A stretch of 17,855 bases of DNA, taken from positions 1 through 17,855 of the forward strand of contig JBHIBG010000053.1 of the NCBI GenBank assembly GCA_046758965.1. Reading direction: 5' to 3'. This document shows, in pieces, positions 1-9,021 of this stretch (position 1 is the stretch's first letter; each line of letters starts with the position of its first letter). Source of the stretch: Candidatus Methylomirabilia bacterium (GTDB lineage: Bacteria; Methylomirabilota; Methylomirabilia; Rokubacteriales; CSP1-6). The translations under genes and the position numbers were made by a program. Under the pieces are notes generated by a model. It worked only from the letters and a program-made list of their open reading frames with translations, had not been told where the DNA came from and made no database searches.

Positions 1-78
1 ACCCTCAAGCGCACCCTGGGGTCCTGGAAACTCCAGCTCGGGCGGAGCGTGATCCGGCGCGCGGTGAAGAGCGCTTGA
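1..78 (+). CDS. 3' end of an unidentified CDS entering from the left edge (partial)
   Basis: Frame 1 is open from base 1 (TLKRTLGSWKLQLGRSVIRRAVKSA) to TGA at 76-78. Third codon positions are mostly G/C, and it stops 7 nt from the convergent stop of the molybdoenzyme gene. Too short to assign a family. Confidence 0.4.
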   Translation, partial: TLKRTLGSWKLQLGRSVIRRAVKSA

Positions 79-85
79 GCCAGGT

Positions 86-2908
86 CTACCCCATCCGGTA
101 CGTGGCGGGATCGGGCCTGAACGGGCGGGGCAACCAGAGCGGACGCCTGAGCCCCCCGGGACCTGGCGCCGGGCGCGCCAGCTTCAGCCACTCGCGATAG
201 ACCTCCAACGCCTTCCCGGTATCGACAAACACATCCCCGTACCGATTCTCAGGCCCGGGGCGCTCCACGCGGACCTTCTGGTGCCAGCAGTGCTGGCCGC
301 TCACGGGGTCGGGCTGGACCGGGAAGGTGAGATTCTGGTGAACCCCCGCGTCTTCCCACCAGATACGCGCGGAGTCTCGGTCCTCGCTCGTGAACGGCCG
401 GACTCCATGGATCTGTCGCATGAACCACTTGCCGGGCTCCACTTGATTCAGATCCACCAACGCCGTTGACCAGCGCTCGCCTCCGATTTCCTCCCTGAGC
501 CGCCAGCGCCCCAGGTGGTGGGAGCAGGCAACGACCCCAGGGCGGATCCCCTCGGTCACCCAGACCTTGTCCACGAAATAGCCGATCGCCGTGGAGACCT
601 TGAGCAGATCGCCCGTTTTCACGCCGAGCCGATTGCCATCCTCGGGATTCAGCCAGAGGGGGTTGGTGTGGGAAATCTCGTAGAGCCACTTGGCGTTCCC
701 GGAGCGCGAGTGGATCAGGGTGGGCAGCCGGAAGGTGGGGAGGAGGACCATCTCACCCTTCTCCCGGTCGATCTTCGACCGGTGGACGTGACTCTTGATA
801 TAGCTCGGAATCGCCTGCTCGGGCCACCCCCACTCCTTCAGCGTCCCGGAGAAGAACTCAAGCTTCCGCGAGGGAGTCGGGAAACCCAGGTACGGCTTCC
901 CGTCGATCTCGACGCCGACCGGCTGGCCGCCCTTCACGTTTACCTTCGTCACGGGGTCCACGCTGGCCCCGCTCAGCTGCTCAGAAGTGAGTGTCTTGTC
1001 GTGGGTCCGGTAGACGTGGTCCTCGATGAGGAAGGCCCCGTACTTGCGCATGTACGCCAGTGGCGAGAGCCGCTCCCGTGCCGCGGCCTCAGGGAGCCCC
1101 GGGACGCTGTGCTCGAAGATCCAGCGGTAGACCTCCTCAACGGCGAGCTTCTCTCCCGGCCGGTACGGCGACTCGAAGTACTTCCGGACACCGAGCGAAC
1201 CGTCGGGATCGATCCGCCAGGACAGCTCGATCCAGAACTCGTCCTCTTCCCACACCTGGCCGAGCCCCGTCGCCTCATGCGCCTGCCAGGTGAGATCGAA
1301 CGTCTTCCCCTGGTTCTCGAGAGTCACCCTGAGCACGGGCTGGCGGAAGCCGATCCATCGGGCGGCGTGGGTCTCCTGGCTCATCAGGTCGTGGCGCTCT
1401 GAGGCATGCCCCATCGGGAGCACGTAATCGGCGAACCACGCCGTCTCGCTCCAGATCGGGGTCAGGCACGCGTGGCACGCCAGTTTGCTCTCGTCCGTCA
1501 GGACCTCGATCCAGCTCATGCCGTCCGGGTTGGTCCAGACCGGGTTGTAGACCCGGGTGAAGTACATCGCCAGCTTCCCCCGCCCTTCTTTGAGAAAGTG
1601 CGGCAGGAGGAAGCTCATCTCGAAGAACGCCAACGGGTACTCCCGGGGCATCAGGAGCTCGCTCCACACCTTAGCCGGTGCGGGCATCAGCGGGGGCGCG
1701 GGGATCGCCTTGTTCCAGATGTTCGGCGCGGTGCCGCCCGGCGTGCTGACAGCCCCCATCAGCACCACGATAAGCTCCAGCGCCCGGGCCACCTGCCAGC
1801 CGCCCAAGTTCCCTGCGGCAGCGTTGCGCCAGATGTACGTCGCCACGGCTGTCCCCGCCCGTCCGATGTCGCGCGCCACCGCCACGATCTCGGCCGCGAC
1901 CACCCCACTCTCTCGCTCGGCGAACTCGGGGGTGTAGGACGCGTAGAGTTCGGCCAGCGCGGCCTCGAAGGCCTCAAAGGTCGGGGGCCCGCCCGGGCGT
2001 TCCTCTCTGAGATACTCCTCCCAGTTGACCCACCGCCGGAGGAACTCCCGATCGAAGAGCCGCTCCCGGATGAGGACGGACGCGATGGCCAAAAGGAGTG
2101 CTCCCTCGGTCCCGGGCCACGGCGAGAGCCAGTAGTCCGCCATCGAGGCGGTATTGGAGAGGCGCGTATCGATCACACAGATCTTGGCGCCCCGGTGTTT
2201 GGCCTCGATGATCCGCTGGGCATGCGGGTTGAAGTAGTGCCCGGTCTCCAGGTGGGAGGAGAGGAGCAGGATGAAGCGGGCGTTGGCATGGTCCGGCGAA
2301 GGGCGGTCCATCCCGTGCCAGAAGGCATAACCGGCGCGCGCAGAGGCCGAGCAGACGTTGGTGTGGCTGTTGTGGCCATCGATTCCCCAGGCGTGCAAGA
2401 CCCGTTGGAGGTAGATCAGCTCGTGGCCCGGGCGGCCCAGGTGATACATGACCTCGCTCTGCCTCCCCTCGACCAGAGCTTTGCGGATCCGGGCGGCGAT
2501 ATCGTCGAGAACCTCGTCCCAGCTCACCCGCTGCCACCGTCCCTCGCCTCGCTTTCCCACTCGCTTGAGCGGGTAACGGATGCGCTCTGGATCGGTGACC
2601 TGGTTCAGCGTGGCGGGGCCCTTGGCACAGTTCCGGCCACGGCTTCCCGGATGCGCGGGGTTCCCCTCGAATTTCTGGATCTTGAGAGTGTGCTTGTCTA
2701 CGTAAGCCAGGAGGCCACAGCCTGCCTCGCAGTTGAAGCAGACGGTCGGGACAATCCAGTAGTTCCGCTTCACCTTCCGGGGCCAGGCAACGGGGTCGTA
2801 CTCCTCCCAGTCGTCCCATCGGTCGGCCGGCGGGAACGGGGCGAGACCTGGGGCTTGAGGCAAAAGCTCCTTCGCGACGGGGTGAAGAGGTTCTTGAGCC
2901 AAGGTCAT
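86..2908 (-). CDS. Mo/W-bisPGD oxidoreductase catalytic subunit (DMSO reductase superfamily, Psr/Ttr-like), 940 aa, no Tat signal
   Basis: N-terminal FS0 motif C57-x2-C60-x3-C64...C94-A-K-G; 'RIRYPLKRVGKRGEGRWQRVSWDE' segment; probable metal-ligand Cys186 in 'HNSHTNVCS'; 'SETAWFADYVLP' and 'FPTPSRKLEF' motifs; C-terminal dinucleotide-binding domain ('LWLNPEDGNRLGVKTGD'). SD-like GAGGGG precedes the ATG. Confidence 0.93.
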   Translation of the reverse strand: MTLAQEPLHPVAKELLPQAPGLAPFPPADRWDDWEEYDPVAWPRKVKRNYWIVPTVCFNCEAGCGLLAYVDKHTLKIQKFEGNPAHPGSRGRNCAKGPATLNQVTDPERIRYPLKRVGKRGEGRWQRVSWDEVLDDIAARIRKALVEGRQSEVMYHLGRPGHELIYLQRVLHAWGIDGHNSHTNVCSASARAGYAFWHGMDRPSPDHANARFILLLSSHLETGHYFNPHAQRIIEAKHRGAKICVIDTRLSNTASMADYWLSPWPGTEGALLLAIASVLIRERLFDREFLRRWVNWEEYLREERPGGPPTFEAFEAALAELYASYTPEFAERESGVVAAEIVAVARDIGRAGTAVATYIWRNAAAGNLGGWQVARALELIVVLMGAVSTPGGTAPNIWNKAIPAPPLMPAPAKVWSELLMPREYPLAFFEMSFLLPHFLKEGRGKLAMYFTRVYNPVWTNPDGMSWIEVLTDESKLACHACLTPIWSETAWFADYVLPMGHASERHDLMSQETHAARWIGFRQPVLRVTLENQGKTFDLTWQAHEATGLGQVWEEDEFWIELSWRIDPDGSLGVRKYFESPYRPGEKLAVEEVYRWIFEHSVPGLPEAAARERLSPLAYMRKYGAFLIEDHVYRTHDKTLTSEQLSGASVDPVTKVNVKGGQPVGVEIDGKPYLGFPTPSRKLEFFSGTLKEWGWPEQAIPSYIKSHVHRSKIDREKGEMVLLPTFRLPTLIHSRSGNAKWLYEISHTNPLWLNPEDGNRLGVKTGDLLKVSTAIGYFVDKVWVTEGIRPGVVACSHHLGRWRLREEIGGERWSTALVDLNQVEPGKWFMRQIHGVRPFTSEDRDSARIWWEDAGVHQNLTFPVQPDPVSGQHCWHQKVRVERPGPENRYGDVFVDTGKALEVYREWLKLARPAPGPGGLRRPLWLPRPFRPDPATYRMG

Positions 2909-2918
2909 CGACCCCTCT

Positions 2919-4451
2919 TCAACTCAGGGGGAGCGCCTGGCCAGCCCTCACCCAGAGATCTTCGTAGAGCCAGACCCCCGCCAAAGCCAGAAGCGCAGCC
3001 ACCGCCGCGCCGGCGCTACCCCCCACGAGCAGGAGCAGAAAGGGGACGAGGAGGCCCCCAGCGGCTACTCCACCCCAGAACCAGCCGCTCAGTTCCCCGT
3101 GGGTGAGCAGGTGCGCGGCCGGGGCTGCGCCCTGGTTGCGGGGGGAGCCGAACAGCTCCGCAACAAGCACGAGGCCTTCGGCGAGCAGGGCGAGCGCGAG
3201 AATCTTCCCGACGAGGTTGACGACGGCGGATTCCTCGCCCAGGACGAGCGCCACCAGAATCAAGCTTGCACCCCCGGCCAGGACTGCCGCCACCAGGAGA
3301 TGCCAGAGCAGGAGCGGGCTCTGCCAGAACTCCCGCCCCTCGGCCTGGCCGAAGAGGAAGGCGCTGTAACCGGCCGCCGCTGCTGCGAGCACCGCCGCAG
3401 GCCAGGCAAGGAGCCGGAGCAGAGGTGTGCTCCCCATGAGACCTCCGATTAGCCAGACCGCAGCGACCGTGCCGAAGGCCATCAGGGTCCAGGCGCCCCG
3501 GACCAGCCAGGAGCGCCAGTTGGGCTTGAACAGGATGGAGTGGAAGCGATCAGGGCGCTTGAGGTCGAACACCAGCAGCGCCGTTGTCAGCGCCAGGAAC
3601 AGCAGCGCGAGACCTGGCGCGGCGATTCCGGCGAGTGGGTCCGCGGCAGCCCAGCCCGCGGCGATCCCCAGGGCAGAGAGGAGCAGCGCCCCAGCAGCCA
3701 CGGACTTGGTCCAGAGGTAGGTCGAGACCATCCAGCCCCAGGGTCGATCGAGATGAGCCACATCGTACACGTTCCGCGCCATGGTCTGGACGTCCCTCGC
3801 CGTGGACAGGTCAGGGGGAGCGGGCTTCGGGACCGCCGAGGAGCTCATCCCCGTCTCCGCGAAGAGGTAACTGTCGCCCCGCTCTGCCGCCTGCGGGGTG
3901 AGCGAGGCCATCTCAGCCCCCAGGTAGAAGAGCTTGGGGCGGGTCCCCTGTTCCGGCTTTCGAACCTGTGTGTGCTCGGTGGCGACGAGGCGAGCGATCC
4001 TGCCGCTGGGATCATCGAGGTCGCCGGTGACGATCGCCTGGGTGGGGCAGACGATCACGCACGCTGGCTCGAGCCCCACTTCAACCCGGTGAGCGCAGTA
4101 GTTACACTTGGCCGCAGTCTGGGTGGTCGGATCGATGTACACCGCATCGTAGGGGCACGCCTGCATGCAGGACTTGCAGCCAATACAGCGCGCTCCGTCG
4201 AAGTCCACGATGCCGTCGGCCCGCCGGAAGAGGGCGCTCGTTGGGCAGATCGTCACGCAGGGCGGCTCGTCGCAGTGGTTACAGCGGAGCACCGAGAAGT
4301 AGCGGCGGGCATCCGGGAAAATACCCTTCTCGACGTACTTCACCCAGGTGCGGTAGACGCCGAGCGGAACCCGGTTCTCCTCCTTGCAGGCAACCGTGCA
4401 GGCATGGCACCCGATGCACCGTGTGTGGTCGATGACGAAACCATAGCGCAT
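2919..4451 (-). CDS. Fused 4Fe-4S electron-transfer subunit (NrfC/PsrB/DmsB-like) and NrfD/PsrC-type membrane anchor, 510 aa
   Basis: Four Cys clusters (CIGCHACTVAC, CNHCDEPPCVTIC, CIGCKSCMQAC, CNYC...PACVIVC), then a linker and a very hydrophobic C-terminal half with NrfD-like motifs ('PWGWMVSTYLW', 'DLKRPDRF', 'SWLVRGAW', 'YSAFLF'). SD GGAGGG upstream. Ends 10 nt before the catalytic subunit gene. Confidence 0.92.
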   Translation of the reverse strand: MRYGFVIDHTRCIGCHACTVACKEENRVPLGVYRTWVKYVEKGIFPDARRYFSVLRCNHCDEPPCVTICPTSALFRRADGIVDFDGARCIGCKSCMQACPYDAVYIDPTTQTAAKCNYCAHRVEVGLEPACVIVCPTQAIVTGDLDDPSGRIARLVATEHTQVRKPEQGTRPKLFYLGAEMASLTPQAAERGDSYLFAETGMSSSAVPKPAPPDLSTARDVQTMARNVYDVAHLDRPWGWMVSTYLWTKSVAAGALLLSALGIAAGWAAADPLAGIAAPGLALLFLALTTALLVFDLKRPDRFHSILFKPNWRSWLVRGAWTLMAFGTVAAVWLIGGLMGSTPLLRLLAWPAAVLAAAAAGYSAFLFGQAEGREFWQSPLLLWHLLVAAVLAGGASLILVALVLGEESAVVNLVGKILALALLAEGLVLVAELFGSPRNQGAAPAAHLLTHGELSGWFWGGVAAGGLLVPFLLLLVGGSAGAAVAALLALAGVWLYEDLWVRAGQALPLS

Positions 4452-4564
4452 GCGAACCCTCCGGCGCCGGGGACGCCGAACCTTAGGCCCGGTTTCCCCC
4501 GGAGCTGGACAGGAGCGGCGCGTTCTCCTCGAAGTCGGTCGCCCGCATCCTAGGATCTATCGAC

Positions 4565-4586
4565 AAAGGCAGCGGAGCGCCGCTAC
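4565..4586 (-). terminator. Possible intrinsic terminator hairpin downstream of the dehalogenase gene
   Basis: Minus-strand GUAGCGG-CGCU-CCGCUGC 7-bp stem followed by CUUU, 26 nt after the stop codon. The U-tract is short, so the call is weak. Confidence 0.3.
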
Positions 4587-4612
4587 AAATCGGCCCACCT
4601 CGAACGATCTCT

Positions 4613-5494
4613 TCATATTCGAGCAACGAAGGGGGCGACGGCCTGGCCGATCTCAGCCGGGGAGTCTTCCTGGATGAAATGGCTCCCTTTGACCGTCACC
4701 TCCTGCTGGTTCGGCCACCTCCGGCAAAATTCCCGTTGCGGCCCCGCCAGGATCACCCCTGGCTCAGCGTTAATGAACAGCTTCGGAACGGCGCTCGTGC
4801 TGAGCCACGTAGCGTAGCGATCCACGATCGCCACGACATCGGCAGGCTCCCCGTCCAGAGGGATCTCGCGGGGCCACGTCAGAGTCGGGCGTCGGGACTC
4901 GCCGGGTTCGAGGTAGGGGCGGCGGTAGACAGCCATTTCCTCCTCAGTCAGGCGCCGCAGCACGCTGCCTGGCAGGATGCACTCGACGAACACGTTCTTC
5001 CGCAGAATGATCTCCTCCCCGGCCGGCGAGCGCAGGGCTTGGAAGAGTTGGCGGGCGGACTCGGGCCACTCCTCCCATCTCAGGGGGCGGACGAGCGCTT
5101 CCATGTAGACAAGGCCCCGGACGCGGTCCGGGTGGCGATAGGCCCAGTAGAAGGCGAGCGCCGAGCCCCAGTCGTGCCCGACCAGCGTCACGTTTGCGGT
5201 CAAGCCGAGGGCGTCGAACCAGGCGTCCAGGTAGCGGGCGTGGTCTGCGAACCGATAGGACCCCGTGGAGGCTTTACCTGAGTCGCCCATCCCCACAAAA
5301 TCAGGGGCAAGGCAGCGGCCAAGTCTCCCAACGTGGGGGATGACGTTACGCCAGAGATAGGACGATGTGGGATTTCCGTGGAGGAAGACGATCGGATCCC
5401 CCGTCCCTGTGTCAACGTAGGCGATCTCGCTGTCCTGCGCGGCCACTCGCCGTCGTTCGTAAGGGTCAGCAGCGGAAATGACAGTATTGCCCAT
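4613..5494 (-). CDS. dhaA: Haloalkane dehalogenase (alpha/beta hydrolase, HLD-II DhaA/LinB-like), 293 aa
   Basis: '[18 protein letters not shown]' (halide-stabilising Asn), nucleophile elbow 'GHDWGS', catalytic acid in 'YMEA', '[12 protein letters not shown]', '[10 protein letters not shown]', catalytic His in 'HFIQED'. Strong SD AAGGAGG upstream. Confidence 0.92.
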   Translation of the reverse strand: MGNTVISAADPYERRRVAAQDSEIAYVDTGTGDPIVFLHGNPTSSYLWRNVIPHVGRLGRCLAPDFVGMGDSGKASTGSYRFADHARYLDAWFDALGLTANVTLVGHDWGSALAFYWAYRHPDRVRGLVYMEALVRPLRWEEWPESARQLFQALRSPAGEEIILRKNVFVECILPGSVLRRLTEEEMAVYRRPYLEPGESRRPTLTWPREIPLDGEPADVVAIVDRYATWLSTSAVPKLFINAEPGVILAGPQREFCRRWPNQQEVTVKGSHFIQEDSPAEIGQAVAPFVARI

Positions 5495-5589
5495 GCCACT
5501 TCCTCCTTGTCACCGCGCTCGCCGGCTCGGGCTGCGGGCGGGAATCTTCGGGGATTATACGGTATCCGAGTAAGCAAGATGTGGCCTAC

Positions 5590-5618
5590 TTGACAGGCCT
5601 CAGCACCGCGCCTAAACT
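5590..5618 (+). promoter_or_regulatory. sigma70-type promoter for the kinase/receiver/cyclase operon
   Basis: TTGACA (5590-5595), 17-nt spacer, TAAACT (5613-5618), about 50 nt upstream of the ATG at 5672. A perfect TATAAT on the minus strand at 5554-5559 could serve the divergent dehalogenase gene but has no matching -35. Confidence 0.6.
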
Positions 5619-5671
5619 CCTGCCAAGTCGAAGCTTTCACTGGAAGCAGCAATGCCCTTGGGTAGTGCGCG

Positions 5672-8638
5672 ATGAGCGACTCCTCTCTCCCCCAAGGCCC
5701 CGCGGGGGGCCAGACTCCTGATCCCATGACGTCAAGCACGCGTGGCGGCCGGCTGCTCCGGCGGACGTTCGCATTCGCCCTGCTCCTGGTGAGCGGGGGG
5801 CTAATCACCAGCGGCCTGGTCGAGCTCTTCTTCCGGCACCGCGAGAGCGTCGAGGTCATCGGGGCGCTGCAACGGGAGATGGCTCAAGGGGCTGCGTTCA
5901 AGATTCAGCAGTTCGTCGAGGAGATCGAGAAGACCATGCGGGCGTCCACGCAGACGAAAGAGATCGTGGCCGCCGGCCTGACGGAGGCCTACCAGTTCGA
6001 GCTCATCAAGCTCATAAAGGTCGTTCCTGCGATCACCGAGGCAGCCGCGCTGGACCCCAACGGCCATGAGCAGATCAAGGTGTCTCGAGTGCGGACGATC
6101 TTTCGGGAGAACCTTGAAGATCGCTCGTCGGACGAAGCGTTCACTGGGGCCCGGGGGGGCACCTCGTTCTTCGGCCAAGTGTATTTCGTGAGGGAGTCCG
6201 AGCCGTACATCACCATCGCCGTCCCCATCGAACGCTACGCCGGAGAGCTGGTGGGTATCCTGGTCGGCCAGGTTAACTTGAAATACATCTGGCAGGTTGT
6301 CTCGGAGATCAAGGTGGGCAAGGCCGGGTACGCCTACGTGGTTTCCGATCGGGGCGACCTGATTGCCCATCCCGACATCAGCTTGGTTCTCCAAAAGCGC
6401 AACCTCGGGCACCTCGGCCAGGTGAAGGCGGCGCTGGCCGGCGCGCCGGGGCCGTTGGGGGCTCAGCCCAACCTGGCTGGCGAGAAGGTTTTCCCGGCCT
6501 ATGCCCGCATTCCCACCCTGGGCTGGGCGGTGGTCGTCGAACGGCCGGCCAGCGAGGCCTACGCGCCCCTTTACGCCTCGATTCTCAGGACCCTCGTTCT
6601 CCTGCTGCTTGGGCTCGGCGTGGCCGTCGTGGCCAGCCTCCTGATCGCCCGGCGGGTGGTTCGCCCCGTGGAGGTGCTCCGGCAAGGCGCTGCTCAGATC
6701 GGCAGCGGCGACCTCGACCATCGTCTGGAGATCAAGACGGGGGACGAGTTCGAGGCTCTTGCTGAGCAGTTCAACAGCATGGCCGGCCAGCTCCAGGAGT
6801 CGTACACCAACCTTGAGCAGAAGGTCGAGCAGAGAACTCACGAGTTGACCGAAGCCCTGGACCAGCAGACAGGCACCAGCGAGGTGCTCCGCGTCATCAG
6901 CAGTTCGCCTACCGACCTGCAGCCCGTCTACCAGACGATCCTCGCGAACGTCACGCGACTGTGCGACGCAAATATTGTAGCGCTTTTCCTGTACGATGGC
7001 GAGGCTCTCACCACGGCCGCCCATTACAATGCCACGGCAGAGTTTGCGAAACATCTCACGCATAGCCGCCCTCGCCCAAGTCGCGCGACCACGACCCGAC
7101 TGGCAGCGCTCGAGCGTAAGACGGTGCACGTCGCCGACTTGCTGGCCGACTCCGCATTTTCCCCAAGTCCGTTGGAGCTATACCGAACAGAGAACGTGCG
7201 GACGGTCCTCTCCGTTCCAATGCTTCGGGAGAACACGCTCGTCGGCGTCATCACGACGTGGCGGCGCGAGGTCAGGCCTTTCAGTGACAAGCAGATTTCT
7301 CTCGTTAAGACGTTCGCCGACCAGGCCGTCATCGCCATCGAGAATGTCCGCCTGCTCCAGGAACTCCAAGCGCGGACCGGTGAGCTCGCACGATCGGTCG
7401 AAGAACTGGAAGCCCTGGGAGCGGTCAGCCAGGCGGTCAGCTCCACCCTCGATCTCCAGACGGTGCTTGCCACGATCGTTGCCCACGCCGCGCAGCTCTC
7501 AGGCACAGACGCAGGGGCCATCTACGAGTTCGATGAGGCAACCCAGGTGTTCGAGCTGCGTGCGACGCACCGGATGACCGAGGACCTGATCGAGGCGATC
7601 CAGGAGGCGCGGATCCGCCTGGGAGAGACGGTGGTGGGGCAGGCAGCAGCGAACCGTGAGGCGGTGCAACTGCCGGATATCCTGGAGGAGCCCGCGTATC
7701 CTCTCCGCGAGGTCCTGGTGAAGGCCGGATTTAGGGCCTTGCTTGTGGTCCCGCTCCTCCGCGAGGACAGGATTGTCGGTGCGCTGGTCGTCCGGCGACG
7801 GGCGCCCGGGCAGTTCCAACAAGAAACCGTGGATCTCCTCCAGACTTTCGCCACCCAGTCGGTGCTGGCGATCCAGAATGCGCGGCTCTTCCGCGAGATC
7901 GAGGAGAAAGGAGAGCAGCTCGAGATCGCGAGCAAGCACAAGTCCCAGTTCCTCGCCAACATGAGTCACGAGCTGCGCACTCCGCTGAACGCCATCCTGG
8001 GGTATACCGAGCTGGTCCTGGACAACATCTACGGCGAGGTGCCCGACAAGCTCCGGGAGGTCATGGATCGCGTGCAGCAGAGCGGGCGCCATCTCCTCGG
8101 CCTGATCAACGACGTGCTCGATCTCTCCAAGATCGAGGCAGGCCAGCTCGTCCTCTCCCTCAATGACTACTCGATGAAGGAGGCCGTTCAGACAGTCGTG
8201 ACCGCAGTGGAGGCTCTGGCGGCGGAGAAGAGGCTCGCGCTCAAGGTGACGCTCCCGCCGGACCTGCCCTCCGGCAAGGGCGACGAACGGCGAATCGCCC
8301 AGGTGCTGCTCAATCTCGTCGGGAACGCGATCAAGTTCACCGAGGTCGGCGAGGTCGGGGTGCAGGTGACCACGTCCGACGGCGCATTCCTCGTCTCGGT
8401 GTCTGACACGGGGCCGGGGATCTCGGAAGCCGATCAGGAGAAGATCTTCGAAGAGTTCCACCAGGCCGACAGTTCCAGCACCAGAAGAAAGGGCGGAACG
8501 GGCCTCGGGCTCTCGATTGCCAAGAGGATCATCGAGCTCCACGGTGGGCGCATCTGGGTGGAGTCCACCCCGGGCCAGGGCTCGACCTTCCGGTTTACGC
8601 TGCCGGTTCGCGTCGAGCGACAGATGGAGGCGACATGA
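5672..8638 (+). CDS. Membrane sensor histidine kinase (TM, Cache-like sensor, TM, HAMP, two GAF domains, HisKA, HATPase), 988 aa
   Basis: Two hydrophobic segments flank a Cache-like region ('GYAYVVSDRGDLIAHPD'); HAMP ('TGDEFEALAEQFNSMA'); two GAF repeats ending 'TFADQAVIAIENVRL' and 'TFATQSVLAIQNARL'; H-box 'FLANMSHELRTPLNAI'; N, G1 and G2 boxes 'NLVGNAIKFT', 'DTGPGI', 'GGTGLGL'. The start could instead be the ATG at 5726. Confidence 0.95.
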   Translation: MSDSSLPQGPAGGQTPDPMTSSTRGGRLLRRTFAFALLLVSGGLITSGLVELFFRHRESVEVIGALQREMAQGAAFKIQQFVEEIEKTMRASTQTKEIVAAGLTEAYQFELIKLIKVVPAITEAAALDPNGHEQIKVSRVRTIFRENLEDRSSDEAFTGARGGTSFFGQVYFVRESEPYITIAVPIERYAGELVGILVGQVNLKYIWQVVSEIKVGKAGYAYVVSDRGDLIAHPDISLVLQKRNLGHLGQVKAALAGAPGPLGAQPNLAGEKVFPAYARIPTLGWAVVVERPASEAYAPLYASILRTLVLLLLGLGVAVVASLLIARRVVRPVEVLRQGAAQIGSGDLDHRLEIKTGDEFEALAEQFNSMAGQLQESYTNLEQKVEQRTHELTEALDQQTGTSEVLRVISSSPTDLQPVYQTILANVTRLCDANIVALFLYDGEALTTAAHYNATAEFAKHLTHSRPRPSRATTTRLAALERKTVHVADLLADSAFSPSPLELYRTENVRTVLSVPMLRENTLVGVITTWRREVRPFSDKQISLVKTFADQAVIAIENVRLLQELQARTGELARSVEELEALGAVSQAVSSTLDLQTVLATIVAHAAQLSGTDAGAIYEFDEATQVFELRATHRMTEDLIEAIQEARIRLGETVVGQAAANREAVQLPDILEEPAYPLREVLVKAGFRALLVVPLLREDRIVGALVVRRRAPGQFQQETVDLLQTFATQSVLAIQNARLFREIEEKGEQLEIASKHKSQFLANMSHELRTPLNAILGYTELVLDNIYGEVPDKLREVMDRVQQSGRHLLGLINDVLDLSKIEAGQLVLSLNDYSMKEAVQTVVTAVEALAAEKRLALKVTLPPDLPSGKGDERRIAQVLLNLVGNAIKFTEVGEVGVQVTTSDGAFLVSVSDTGPGISEADQEKIFEEFHQADSSSTRRKGGTGLGLSIAKRIIELHGGRIWVESTPGQGSTFRFTLPVRVERQMEAT

Positions 8639-9000
8639 GCAAGCGGATCCTGATGATCGAGGACCAGGAGGACAACCGGCGCATCTTGCGCGACCTCCTG
8701 ACGAGTGCGGGGTATCAGATGATCGAGGCGGTCACGGGGGAAGAGGGCGTAACCCTGGCCGAGGCGCATCGGCCCGACCTGATACTCATGGACATCCAGC
8801 TCCCTGGTCTCGATGGGTATGAGGCGACGCGCCAGATCAAGGCCAAGCCGACCCTCCGCCAGATCCCGATCATCGCCGTGACCTCCTATGCGTTGAGCGG
8901 CGACGATGTCAAGGCGCGGGAGGCCGGCTGCGACGCCTACGTCGCGAAGCCCTTCAGCCCGCGTGAGCTCCTGGCCAAGATCCGAGAGTACCTGCCGTAA
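8635..9000 (+). CDS. Single-domain response regulator, DivK-like, 121 aa
   Basis: Receiver motifs 'ILMIED', 'PDLILMDIQLPGLDG', 'IIAVTSYA', 'AGCDAYVAKP'. ATGA overlap with the kinase stop codon indicates translational coupling. Confidence 0.93.
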   Translation: MSKRILMIEDQEDNRRILRDLLTSAGYQMIEAVTGEEGVTLAEAHRPDLILMDIQLPGLDGYEATRQIKAKPTLRQIPIIAVTSYALSGDDVKAREAGCDAYVAKPFSPRELLAKIREYLP

Positions 9001-9021
9001 GCGATCATCGACGGGGGGATC

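Noticed and set aside
86..2908. Assigning a specific name such as fdh, psrA, ttrA or dmsA, or proposing selenocysteine
   Set aside because: The visible motifs define only the superfamily. There is no in-frame TGA, and substrate cannot be read from the sequence by eye.
515..4553. Long plus-strand ORFs (515-1402, 1406-3106, 3540-4553) opposite the molybdoenzyme operon
   Set aside because: They are antisense shadows of genes with clear family motifs. Such frames are expected in GC-rich coding DNA, and their translations have no recognisable motifs.
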